Shown: positions 11,093 to 23,188 of the stretch, piece after piece | Numbering within the stretch: the first letter of the stretch is position 1 | How the letters are laid out: each line of letters starts with the position of its first letter | DNA from: Eledone cirrhosa | Lineage: Eukaryota | Reading direction: 5' to 3' | Assembly (NCBI GenBank): GCA_964016885.1 | Contig: OZ024749.1 | Location: 18,104,001-18,168,000, forward strand | Length of the DNA stretch: 64,000 bases | Program-made: the position numbers and the translations under genes | Notes under the pieces: model-generated | What the model was told of the DNA's origin: nothing | What the model saw: only the letters and a program-made list of their open reading frames with translations | Database searches by the model: none

Positions 11093-13461
11093 ATGACTTT
11101 TGCTAAAAAGCGCAAAATTGATCAAGAATGTTGGGTATCCCAAGAAGATTGGTTACGCAAGTATTTCTTTACCAGTGCCGAGAATAAAGTGGTATGTTTG
11201 TTGTGTCAAGAGACAATCACTGTGTTGAAAGAGTACAATTTAAAGCAACATCATTAAACAAAACACAAGGGTTTTAGTCTCAACATGTCCGATGAAGAAT
11301 GGAGGAGAAAGGTAATGGATTTTGTGACAAAACTGAACAAGCAAAAAATTATGTTTATAAAACTATAGTCACATCATGAGACTGCCATAGAAGCAGGTTT
11401 CATTATAGCATACAATCGTGTAAAAACAACAAACTATTCTCGGATGTAAGGTTTCTAAAACAATGCATGATGGATTGCACAAGTATTGTGTACCCTGAAG
11501 TGAAAGGTAAATTTGAAAGCATATCATTATCAAGATGGACTATTGTGTGACGCATTGATGTAATAAGTAACGAGTTGATTCAACAGCTGGGGGCTGCTAC
11601 CAAAGATTTTGTGTGGTACTCTGTAGCCCTAGATGAGAGTACTGACATCCAAGACACTGCTCAGTTACTCATCTTTATTCAAGTGAATGAGAATTTTCAT
11701 GTCACAGAAGAGCTTCTTTCACTAAAGTGCATGAAAAGCACAACAGGTCAAGATTTGTTTCAATATATGGTCAATTGTGTTGATAAAAATGCTTTATCAT
11801 GGGATAAGTTGGCAAGCAGACGGTGCCCAGGCATTAACAGGAAAAAATGTCGGCATGGTGAAACTCATTGAAAATAAGATCAGAAAAGGCCATGTGGTCT
11901 TCCCACTACATTTTGCACCAAGAAAGCCTGTGTAAAGCTGCACTGAACTGAAGATCAGGTGGTAAATGTAGTAAACTCTATTAGGACAAGGGCATTGAAT
12001 CACCGACAGCTCAAATCTCTACTTGAAGACATGGAGATATACTCTACCACAACAACGTGTGGTGGGTGAGCCTGGGCAAAGTGCTGAAGAGAGTATGGGA
12101 GTTGTGAGAAGGAATCCTTCTCTTTCTGGACATAGAGGGAGTTTCTTGTGACTTTGTAACAAAAATATCCTGAAATATGAACTAATGTTTGCAGTTGACA
12201 TTTTTGATAAACTGAATGACCTGAATGTGATATTGCAGCAAAAGGATCTGTTTGCATATGATATGTACATATAGCAATGTGTTTTTGAAGGTCGTGATGT
12301 TAGTTGATTGTGTTGTGGTATTGATTTGTTTGTTGAATGTGTACTCACTTATAACTTGCTGTGTGGTGTGGTCACTGTTATGTGATACAGTATGACCAGA
12401 GGTTGTATGTGTGCATGTAAGTGAGTAAGTGTTCATTAAGATGATGATCACGCAGAAAATGAATATATATAAATGAACCACGATAACACCAAACCACTAT
12501 ATTATTAATTTATTGAAAATAGCTTACACCGAAGCTATACGAAAAATACACAGGAATTATGGATGTTATTTGTTTGTTTGTAAAAGTAGAATTAAATCGT
12601 ATTTACCAAGAAAACTTCATGAACTTCACTGGCTGGGTTGAGAGAGAAACCAAGAGATAGATATTGAGTGAAAGAGAGAGAGTAAGAGAAAGTAAGAGTC
12701 TGTAAGACTCCAAGGGTCTGTAGAAAGCAAATGTTTTACATGTTTACTCTATTAAGAACTGCTCCGAACTGCTGCTGGCCTGATCTAAGGCAGGCTATTT
12801 ATCCGTGTTGCTTCCTCTGTCTCAAGACTTGAGGTCATCCACTCTCAGACCTGTTAACGCCCGAAAGTAGATAACCCAGAAAATGACCGTTAAATGCCAC
12901 CCAGGGGTCAAGGTGTGGACAGATTTCGCTACATACAAGCATGTCAAGTCTTTTCAGGCAAAACTTACTTTGTTCTCTAGGCAAGCAGATAAAGGCAAGT
13001 TCTGCCAGTTTTCTTTAAAGGAGAAAGTGGCTGCAAACGTCTCCTCAAAGATCATGCAGCAGTTGATGAGTTTAAAGGAGGAGTTTGAATGAAGGTTTAC
13101 AGATCTCAAAAAGATTGAGCCTGAATTCAATTTGTTAACTTTCCCTTTCGCTGCTGATGTTGATGCGGTACCTGAAGAAATACAGCTTGAACTAATTGAC
13201 ATGCAAACAGATCATTCGTTGAAAGATATGTTTGAAAAATTTACATGTTTGAGAAGCTTTGCTACCAGATTGTTTCCTATTTTGGGGTCAACTTACATCT
13301 GTGAACAGAGTTTTTCCTGACTTAAAATAAACAAATCCAAGAACAGATCCATGATTTCAGACACAAACCTGCATCCAATGCTGAGAATTTCTACCAGCAA
13401 CCTTGTGCCAGATTTTAAAAAAATTGTAACAAATTGTGATCAGTTGCATTTGTCTCATTAA
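11093..13461 (+). pseudogene. hAT-superfamily transposase pseudogene (SPIN/Charlie/GTF2IRD2-like)
   Basis: N-terminus MTFAKKRKIDQECWV..W..KYFF..VCLLCQE..KEYNLK.H; catalytic block SVALDESTDIQDTAQLLIFI; C-terminal GSTYICEQSFS and QLHLSH*. Many stops and frameshifts; interrupted at 12270-12933. Confidence 0.92.
12270..12933 (-). mobile_element. Solo LTR inserted in the hAT transposase
   Basis: Termini TaTAGC...GCTACA; 4-bp TSD TACA at 12266-12269 and 12934-12937. Removing it restores the frame AYDMY-KHVKSFQAKL. TATA-like and AATAAA motifs lie on the minus strand. Confidence 0.8.
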
Positions 13462-13688
13462 ATTGCTTGTTCTGGTATGTTTTGTGATGTACAGAAACAA
13501 ATTAAAAGAAAACTTTGTTTCAAGAATTTTGTATTAAATCATTTTATTAGTTTATGTATGCAGTTTATATTTTATATTTTCTAAATTCTAATTGAAGAAG
13601 AGTAAGGTTACTGGCGTACTATATCCAATAATAAATAGTGCAGCTCTCTGGTGTTCATGACCCAGTCAATGTGGCCCCTGATCTAAAA

Positions 13689-13704
13689 GGTTTGCCCACC
13701 CCTG
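13689..13704 (-). mobile_element. 3' terminal inverted repeat of the hAT element
   Basis: Reverse complement reads CAGGGGTGGGCAAACC, typical of Charlie/SPIN-group TIRs; lies ~240 bp after the transposase stop. No matching 5' TIR found. Confidence 0.75.
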
Positions 13705-14275
13705 ATTTATAGAATAAAGTTATGATTGTATATTAAGCATACACATTCAGCTACATATTCATACAAATATGTACACTCATATTCTACCTATTCATACAAA
13801 TATGTACACTCATATATAAATACATATACACCCACACAGATACCTATTTATATATTTGTGGTGCACATATGCACATTTATACGTCCACACACACATACAC
13901 ACATATATATCACCCCTTTTGAATTCATTACTAACGGTGATTAATTCGGAGTCTCTTGAAAAGATCTAAGCCTCATGGATAATGCAATGGTTAGACATTT
14001 CCACAAAGTACGATAGTCAGGACTGGGAGAAATTTTGGTAATGCTTATCTATTTTTTTAGACTTAGCACCATTTAATTGATTATTTGTCTAGTTAATTTC
14101 TACAGATACATTTTATCTGACTGCTCCTCATTAAGGAATATCAATAACATTTATCTGTTATTTCTTCAAAGTTACATTCTAAACTTAACCCCATTTAAAT
14201 GATTATTGTTCTGGTTAATTTCTACAGATTGAGAAGAAAAAATTGGATAAATAATGACTGACTATTCATCAAACT

Positions 14276-14324
<49 letters not shown>

Positions 14325-14920
14325 ATGTGGCCCCTGATCTAAAAGGTTTGCCCACCCCTGATTTATAGAATAAAGTTATGACTGTATATTAAGCATACAC
14401 ATTCAGCTACATATTCATACAAATATGTACACTCATATTCTACCTATTCATACAAATATAGTTATAATAATAAATATGAAGACTAAAATCCGAAGTTTCA
14501 GAAGATCCATTAAGGGTGAAAGCAGCGATTCTTTGCTTAAACTTTAATCTGATATTTGAATATATATATATATATGTATATATATATACACACACACGTA
14601 AAATATATATATATATACACACACATGTAAAATTCGAAAAAATTAAAAAATTAAAAATTCTAAAAAATGAAAATTAGAAAAAACGAAAAAAATCAAAAAA
14701 TGATTAAATCGAAAAATATTGAAAAATCGAAAAATCGAAAAAGATGAAAAATTCGAAATAATCGAAAAAAATGAAAAAATCTAAAAGATTGAAGAAATGA
14801 TCGAAAAGATGAGAAAATCGAAAAAAGGAAAAAATCGAAAATTCGAAAAAATGAAAAGGAAAATTCGAAATAAGTGAAAACTTAAAAAAAATGAAAATTC
14901 GAAAAATCGAAAAAATGAAA

Positions 14921-15068
14921 TAATTGTTTCTACTTTAGGCACAAGGCCTACATTACTGGTACTTTATTTTATCGACCCCGTAAGGATGAAAGGCAAAGTC
15001 AACCTCGGCGGGATTTGAACTCATGTTGGAAAGCATGACGTCCGACCCTCTACCGATTACTGCCAATC
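14921..15068 (-). mobile_element. SINE family A copy, internally deleted
   Basis: Same conserved block and tRNA-like head as 23745-23931. Confidence 0.8.
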
Positions 15069-17532
15069 ATAAAAAATTCGAAAAAAATCGAAATATCGAA
15101 AAAATGAAAAAACTAAATAATGAAAAATTCTAAATAATGAAAAAATGTGAAAATCGAAAAAGATTGAAAAAATGAAAAAATCGAAAAAATGAAATGAAAA
15201 AACTAAAAAATGAAAAATTTGTAAAAAGTAAAAAAAAGAAAAAAATGGACAAAATGAAAAAATCGAAAAAATGAAAAAACCCTAACCCTAACCCTAAAAC
15301 TTAACCTAACCCTAACCCTAATCCTAACCGTAAAAAATTCGAAAAAAATCGAAAAATCGAAAAAATGAAAAAACTAAAGAATGATGAATTGGAAAAAAGC
15401 AAAAAAAATCAAATAATGGTGCACGACGTAACCTAATATGCTAAAAAGTGAACAGGGCCACACCACAAGAGTTGAAACATTATCTCTCAGTATCCGGATT
15501 ACAACAAAGTGACCTTGAATGACTTCAATCATTAAATTAGTATTCATAAATGTGTCACACAATGTAACACTCTTTACATCCAGGCCGTGTAGGTGTCACG
15601 ACAAAAAAACACACGGTAATGAATCCTAACCATAAAAGATTCGAAAAAATCGAAAAATCGAAAAAATTAAAAAAATTAAAAAATGATAAATTGGAAAAAA
15701 GCAAAAAAAAATTTCTACAGCGCTTCCTAACACCAACTACATTTACACCAACCACATTTACATGTTGTGGTAAAAAATCGAAAAAATGAAAAAATGAAAA
15801 AAATCGAAAAAAATTCAAAAAGTGAAATAATGAAAAAATCAAAAATATTCGAAAAAAATCGAAAAATCGAAAAAATGCAAAAAACTAAAAAATGAAAAAT
15901 TCTAAATAATGAAAAAATTGAAAAAAATGAAGAAACCCTAACCCTAACCCTAACACTTAACCTAATCCTAACCATAAAAAATTCGAAAAAAATCGAAAAA
16001 ACTAAAGAATGATAAATTGGAAAAAAGCAGAAAGAATCAAATGAAAAAATTTAGTGTCGTTTATGACATGCTAGGATATGGTGCACGTAGTAACCATGCT
16101 AAAAAGTGAACAGGGCCACACCACAAGAGTTGAAACACTATCTCTCAGTATTCCGGACAACTGTGCTACTGATTACACCAAAGTGACCTTGAATGAGAAG
16201 GGAGATAATCAATTGGACAAACTTGGTGATATTTCGTTTTGAAAGAAAATTTTAACATGTGTGAGAGATTTGCCAAAGAGATTTGCCAAAACACAAGATA
16301 CCAATGTTACTATATCTCAAAATATTTTTTGTATATATACGATAGACCATCAACAAATTCATTGTTCACAACTCCTGGAGCTGATTTTCGATTTTTTCAT
16401 TTTTTCATTTTTTGTATTTCTTTATATTTTGATTTTTCCATTTCGATTTTTTAATTTTTTCATTTTTTCGATTTTTTCATTAATTCATTTTTTAAATTTT
16501 TTTCGATTTTTTCATTTTTTCATTTTGAAAGAAAATTTTAACATGTGTGAGAGATTTGCCAAAGAGATTTGCCAAAACACAAGATACCAATGTTACTATA
16601 TCTCAAAATATTTTTTGTATATATACGATAGACCATCAACAAATTCATGGAGCTGATTTTCGATTTTTTCATTTTTTCATTTTTTGTATTTCTTCATATT
16701 TTGATTTTTCCATTTCGATTTTTTAATTTTTTCGATTTTTTCATTAATTCATTTTTTTAATTTTTTTTGATTTTTTCATTTTTTCATTTTTTCGATTTTT
16801 CATTTTTTCGATTTTTTCATTTTGTCCATTCTGTGATTCTTTTTGCTGTTTTCCAATTTTTCATTTTTTAGTTTTTTCATTATTTCATTTCGCTTTTTCG
16901 AATTTTCCATTTTTTTCTTTTTTCGATTTTTTCATTTTTTTTTAGGGCTAGGGTATTTCCATTTTTTTCGTTTTTTTAGATTTCATTTTTTCATTTTTTC
17001 GATTTTTGTTGGTACCACAACATCCAGGCTGTGTAGGTGTCATGACAAAAAAACACACGGTAAAAACCTCCCAGTCCCACACTGTAAATGTGGTTGGTGA
17101 TAGGAAGGGCATCCAGCTGTAGTAAACCCGCCAGACAGTTCTATGCGAGCAAGACAACCACTCTTGTGTGAAAATTCCCGTCCAAACCCATGCAAGCGTG
17201 GAACATGGACGTTAAACGATGATGATGATGATGATGATATATAAATGAAAATATCTGTCTGTATGCAGTCTATGCATTTCGATCAGATTTTGTTCAAATT
17301 TTTCGAATTTTTCTTAATTTTTCTTTTTTTAATTTTTTTAATTTTATTATAATGTTCGATTTTTTCATTTTTTCGTTTTTTCGAATTTTTCATTTTTTTC
17401 GAATTCATTTTTTTCGATTTTTCGATTTTTCGATTTTTCAATACTTTTCGATTTTTCAATACTTTTCGATTTTTTTCATTTTTTGGATTTTTTGACTAAA
17501 AATCATAATTCTGTCCAAATTCGAAAAAAATC

Positions 17533-17967
17533 TGTAGTGACGTACATTCCGCGGGCTCACATACATTCTCTGTGCGTGATTTGGCTCAGCGCCAGAGGAA
17601 GAGGATGTATCCCCACGCGCCCTGAGGAAGAAATTCCCCGCGAAGATTTGATGAATCTCGCTCTTGTCCCGGAAACTTCAAGCGAGCAACACGCATAATG
17701 TAGCAGTGAGATATTGCATCCCTAGCCTCGCCGGTAATGTAACTTCAACCATATAAATAAACAAACATTTCATCTCTAATTACTGCAGTTGAAGTCTTTG
17801 TTATGTTACTCGTGTCTCAATGACATCTTTAATCCAGGCTGCTGGAATTGGCGACCTGACGAAAGGAATATTGTAAATAGATGGTAAATAGATCGAGGGA
17901 CCTTCCCTCACGTCTATGTCAACAAGATAATCCAACGAGGATACTATCACTTACCACACTGGCAACT
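17533..17967 (+). mobile_element. Candidate LTR with an adjacent PBS-like TGG
   Basis: GC-richer island starting TGTAGTG (17533) and ending TTACCACA (17958), followed by c-TGGCAAC; internal TATAAATAAA at about 17752. Confidence 0.45.
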
Positions 17968-19059
17968 AACGACCACCCCGCTAAAGTGGCGATAACATCT
18001 ATAACTAATACTGCTAAAAATTGAAAGATCGAAAAAATGAAAAAAACTAAAAAATAATATATTCGAAAAAATGAAAAAATCGAAAAATGTAGAATTCGAA
18101 AAAATTAAAAAAATTGAAAATTCGAAAGAATGAAAATTAGAAAACTAGAAAAAATAAAAAATGAAAAAATAAAAAAATATTGAAAGATCGAAAAATTCAA
18201 AAAAATGAAAAAATGAAAAAATCGAAAATAATAAAATTCGAAAAAATGAAAAAAAGAAAAATTTTTCGATCTTTTCATTTTTTCATTTTTGGGCTATTTT
18301 GGATTTTTTCATTATATCCCTTTTTGAATTTTTTTCGATTTTTTCATCTTTTCATTTTTTCGATTTTTGTTGGTACCACAGGCCATGTAAGTGTCACGAC
18401 AAAAAAACCTTCCAGTCCCACACTGTAGAAAACCCGCCAGACAGTCGATTTATTACGATGTTTTAATTTTTCACTTTCTCGATTTTTCCATTATTTCATT
18501 TTTTCAATTTTTTCGATTATTTCGATTTTTTCATTTTTACTTTTCGATTTTTCGAATTTTTTTATTTTTTTCTTCTTTTTATTTTTTCGATTTTTTCATT
18601 TTTTCGAATTTTTCATTTTTTTCGATTTTTTTATTTTTTTATTTTTTCTAGTTTTCTAATTTTCATTCTTTCGAATTTTCAATTTTTTTAATTTTTTCGA
18701 ATTTTACATTTTTTCATTTTTTCGAATATTTTATTTTTTAGTTTTTTCATTATTTGATTTCATATTTTGATTTTTCCATTTCGATGTTTTAATTTTTTCA
18801 TTTTTTCGATTTTTCCATTAATTCATTTTTTGAATTTTTTTCGATTTTTCAAATTTTCCATTTTTTTCTTTTTTCGATATTTTCATTTTATATTTAGGGC
18901 TAAGGTATTTCCATTTTTTTTCGTTTTTTTAGATTTTTTAAGTTTTTCATTATATCCTTTTTTTTAATTTCATTTTTTCATTTTTTCGATTTTTGTTGGT
19001 ACATCCAGACAAAAAACACACGGTAAAAACCTCCCAGTCCCACACTGTAAATGTGGTTG

Positions 19060-19817
19060 GTGGGTTTTCTACAGCTGGATGCCCTTCCTAACACCAACCA
19101 CATTTACAGTGTGGGACCGTGTGTTTTTTTGTAGTGACACCTACACGATCTCATTTGTTTCGGCCTGGATGTTGTGGTACCAACATAACTTTACATTGAA
19201 AGGGGCGGTGTGGATGGGTTTTGGGGTGTGGGACGGGGGTGTATTTTGTTAGAGGTGCCTACTGTAGTAGGTTTTACTTTGTATTTAGGTAAGGCGGGTC
19301 TTCTCTATTACTGAGTACCGCCAAAGATCTCGGTCCAGTGACATTATCTTGGAGAGGTGTAAACTGAACTTTTTCCATCCCGTTCTGACTCTAGCTACTG
19401 TACTTTCAGAGCACCCTCCCCCTGCTGATTTTGTCACCCAGGTAACGGAAGCTGTCCACTATTTCTATAGAACCCTCTGCGCAATTGAAAGAGCTAGTAT
19501 TTTTGTGGGCACCAGACCACCGGCCACATGTAAAATCTATGTTCTTACCTGTGATCCCACTACATCTTTTATGCACCCATACTTTGCATTTGGGACATAA
19601 AATGGAGTTTCTACCTACGCCTTTCCTACACACTGAGCATGGCCATTTCCCGGAAGGGACCGGCGCCTTATTTTCTTTCCTACAAACTAGAATTTTAGTC
19701 TTAGCCAGGTTAATTTTAAGGCCTTTTGATTCTAGGCCGTGCCTCCATGTTTGGAATTTCTTCTCTAGCTCGGCCATTGATTCAGCTATGAGCGTTAGAT
19801 CATCTGCGTATAGGAGT

Positions 19818-19822
<5 letters not shown>
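19060..19822 (-). mobile_element. RTE-clade LINE 3' fragment
   Basis: ELLYADDLTLIAES..GLKINLAKTK..WPCSVCRKGVGRNSILCPKCKVWVHKRC..FRYLG, followed by the family 3' UTR. Confidence 0.9.
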
Positions 19823-19848
<26 letters not shown>

Positions 19849-19890
19849 CTAGCTGGCCCCGTGCCGTCAAAAATGATGACTAATTGTAGT
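19849..19890 (-). mobile_element. Helitron-like 3' terminus
   Basis: Minus strand has an imperfect GC hairpin (gtcatca-tttt-tgacggc) about 10 nt before a terminal CTAG|T, next to (TA)n. Confidence 0.55.
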
Positions 19891-20101
19891 ATTTTACATA
19901 TAAAAAGCGTACAAAACCAAGTTTTTAGTTTAATAATCTTCTATTACAACATTTTTTGTGAAAAATCTTTCTGCAACTAACATGCACTGACTGCTTGTTT
20001 CCTTCAAAATATCGTGTGTGTATGTAATATGTTTTCTAAGTGTGTCTATTTCCCCTTCACTCTCACACCCACCATATATAAATATATTTTTACATTTTCA
20101 G

Positions 20102-20520
20102 TACATATTGCTGCATATCTCGGGAATGTAGACATATTAACGATGATGGTAGATTGTGGAGCTGATATGAAAGTTGTGGATTGTGAAGGTGACACCCCAC
20201 TACACTGGGCATGTAGTAGTGGGGTAAAGATGCTATTGTCACTGTCAACAGTGGATGTGAATGTTGTGAATGATAATGATAACACCCCACTACATCTGGC
20301 CTGTAGATAAAGGCTGTGAAAATGTTGTTGTCACAGTCAACAATAGATGTGAATGTTGTGAATGTTGATGGTGACACCCCACTACATCGGGCCTGTAGTA
20401 GTGGGAAGAAGCAACAGAGTGTGTGAAAATATTGTTAGAAATGTCGACAATAGATGTGAATGTGGTGGCCAACGATAGACATTACTCTAAAATAGTGGAG
20501 TTGTCACATGTCAGCCCTGT
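20102..20520 (+). pseudogene. Ankyrin-repeat exon (about 4 repeats), disrupted
   Basis: Acceptor ttttcAG at 20100-20101; HIAAYLG..GDTPLHWAC..DNTPLHLAC..GDTPLHRAC; stop at 20308-20310 and frameshifts between repeats. Confidence 0.88.
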
Positions 20521-21411
20521 GATGTATATAGGCTAGAAATGAAGTCTATGTCCAGAGTGTTTATAATGTAGATACGATAGTTACTATAGTTTCTCACACA
20601 TGAAATAGTAGGATATGTTGTTGGTGACAGAGCTGTAGGAGAAAAAGTTGAACAGTAAGTTAACAATGATCTGGAATATCAACATTTGTTTCATCGTTAT
20701 GTTGTCTTTTTAATAATGTAACTTAATAAATATACTTACTGATGTAATCATCATTATTATTATTGTTAGTTGTGGTGGAGCTGTTTCCACAGTACACTCT
20801 GTAAAATGCTGACAACTTCAAATCAATAACACAAGATCAATGTAAAGATCTCGGCTCTCCTATCACTGCAAACTAACCCCTTTACCACATTTCACATGGA
20901 TTACAATATTTATTAATATAACTGTTTCTACTTTAGGAACAAGGCCAGCAATTATCCAGTGCATTACTGGTACTTTATTTTATCAACCTCGGCGGGATTT
21001 GAACTCAGATCGTAAAGGGACGTAACTATGCTGGAAAGAACTATTTTTAATATAATATCATTAAACGAAGTAAATTGAAGATGACCAACAAACAAGGTGT
21101 AGACATCATGAATGAAAATAAATCCCTGTCTCGTATGAATCACTATAGGGATCACTGCAAGTACATCCCAAATTCTCTAAACAACAACATATCCTACTAT
21201 TTCATGTGTGAGAAACTATAGTAACTATCGTATCTACATTATAAACACTCTGGACATAGACTTCATTTCTAGCCTATATACATCTCTTAATTATATATAC
21301 ATGTGTAGATCTTTTTTATATACACACACACATGGAATAGGAAAACAGAAAGAAAATATATTTTATTTATCTCCTTAACAAGTGTGATATACTTAGACAT
21401 ATCTATCTGTT

Positions 21412-21875
21412 TACCTATTGTATTGTATGGATGGACAGACAGAACATAATTGCTATGGTGACATCCATAGATGAGGTGTGTGTAATAAAACTGTTCACTG
21501 TTCAAAAATAGAAGATTGCCAGGAAAATCATGTCTGTCATCTATGTACAGAACCCAAGAACTATTTTCAAAATAGATAGATTCAATGTGGTAAATGCCAT
21601 GTTTCTGTCTGCCTTCAATGTGCCATAAACTTTCCTAAGATCTCAGGTCAAAAAAAGAGACACCATATTTCTATGATGGATGGACACTGGGAAAAGGTGC
21701 AGCTACCAAATTAGTCCTTTCAGTCACTGGCCTGTGTGTCTTCCTATACCATTGTTGTTGAACAACAACACAGACCAACGACCGTGTCTTCCCCTACCAT
21801 TCCTGTTGAAAAACATCAACAACAACAACAAAAATCGACCATCAATAAAGAAGTTGCGGAAGTTCGACTACTGAT
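21412..21875 (+). pseudogene. Cys/His-rich coding-like segment plus Q/T-rich linker of the same gene
   Basis: One frame reads ..HNCYGDIHR*GVCNKTVHCSKIEDCQENHVCHLC..*IQCGKCHVSVCLQCA..HHISM..*SFQSLAC..QQQQQKSTINKE; stops at 21472, 21577 and 21712. Exon borders uncertain. Confidence 0.55.
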
Positions 21876-21894
21876 TTCTGCTTTAAGCCAAGAA

Positions 21895-22180
21895 ATAGCA
21901 GGAAAACAGTACAGACACCATGACTTTCAGAAACATCTTTTCATACTCAGAGTTACTGAAGCATGGAACCAACTACCTGCATCAGTTGTTAGCTGTCAGG
22001 AACCAACTACCTGCATCCTTTAACACCTCCATCCTTCCTAAAATGCGCCAACACTACACCTCCATACATTCTCACCTCCATACATGCATGTGTGTGTGTA
22101 TATCATGACTCAATCACTGATATTTGTACATTACTCTATGCACCTGAGCATTGTACACAATAATTTTCATTATTATTATT
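21895..22180 (+). mobile_element. 3' end of a CR1/L2-group LINE
   Basis: KHLFILRVTEAWNQLPASVV resembles the C-terminal FF..RV...WN.LP..VV motif of these LINEs; ends in (TAT)n. Confidence 0.6.
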
Positions 22181-22552
22181 GATTATGGATTGGCAGTATC
22201 AGTAGAGCGTCACACACCATGCTTTGCAGCATAGAGTTATGGCCATGAACGTTCTGAGTTCAAATCCCACCTTTTATTATAAATCATCAGCACTGTTGAT
22301 TTAATCATGGCACCAGCACCAGGGATGTTGTCATGTCTTTGAAACCACTACAGAACCCTCTCTATCCTTTGTTTGGAAAGTCCTTCCTATTACCAACCAC
22401 ATTACAGAGTGTACTGGTTGTATTTTATCATGTCACCAATACTAGAGAGGTTGTTATACCCTTCACACATAATCTCTGTAAACTTGTATACAATGTAATA
22501 TTGGGTGTAAATTAATGTTGTTGGTGGGTTGTATCTTTATTTTCTTTTACAG

Positions 22553-22699
22553 AGCTGTATGTCCCCCATGTAAGACTAATGAAGCCACCATAACATCCAA
22601 TCCATGTCAACATAAAGTTGCATGTGAAAAATGTTGTTCCTCAAGTGAACAATGTACCCAGTGTGGAATGACTGTATGTACGGTGAATGGATTTAGTCA
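22553..22699 (+). CDS. RING-HC (C3HC4) finger exon
   Basis: ttttacAG acceptor and GTAATT donor; open frame CPPC..NPCQHKVACEKC..CTQC with Mind-bomb/IAP-like spacing. Confidence 0.82.
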
Positions 22700-23144
22700 G
22701 TAATTATTTGATAATCTGTCTGTATATTTCCATTCATGACTTAATGGTTAGTGTGTTTGTCTCATGAACATATTGTATCTTTGAGCAAGACACTTTATTT
22801 CATGTTACTTCAGTCTACTCAGATGGGAAAATGAGTTATATTTGTAATTCAAAAGGCCAGCTTTGTTTCATACTTTGTTATGCTGAATCTCCCTGAGAAT
22901 TATAATAATGGTGACTGTTATTGTTGCTGTAATTCAATGGTCCAGCTATATCTCATACACTATATCACTGAATCTCCCTTAGAATCACGTTAAGAGAACA
23001 TATGTCTGTGGAATACTCAGCCACTCTCACTATAATACAAGATGGACTGTACCTGTAATTAAAAGGATCAGCTTTGTCACACACTGTGCCATACTGAATC
23101 TCCCTGAGAGTTACGCTATGGGTGTACATGTCTCTCATTGTTAG

Positions 23145-23188
23145 AACTGACAGATGTCTAAAAGATGTCTACTTCCTCAGATTTTCAG
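23145..23188 (+). CDS. Putative short linker exon (44 nt, or an 8-nt variant from 23181)
   Basis: AG acceptors at 23143-23144 and 23179-23180, donor GTAACT at 23189. Either form converts phase 2 to phase 1 without a stop. Confidence 0.4.

Larger units (their letters stand above)
14626..19000. repeat. Low-complexity GAAAAAAT(C)-type repeat region with polarity switches, embedded SINE/LINE ends and TAACCC islands
   Basis: A-rich at ~14626-16050 and ~18015-18260; T-rich at ~16385-17490 and ~18260-19000; degenerate (TAACCC)n at ~15278-15330 and ~15933-15975. Confidence 0.85.

Noticed and set aside
15278-15975. True telomere
   Set aside because: Only short, degenerate TAACCC runs, internal to other repeats.
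20770-20850. Additional exon of the ankyrin gene
   Set aside because: Plausible acceptor, but an in-frame stop and no recognisable domain or strong donor.
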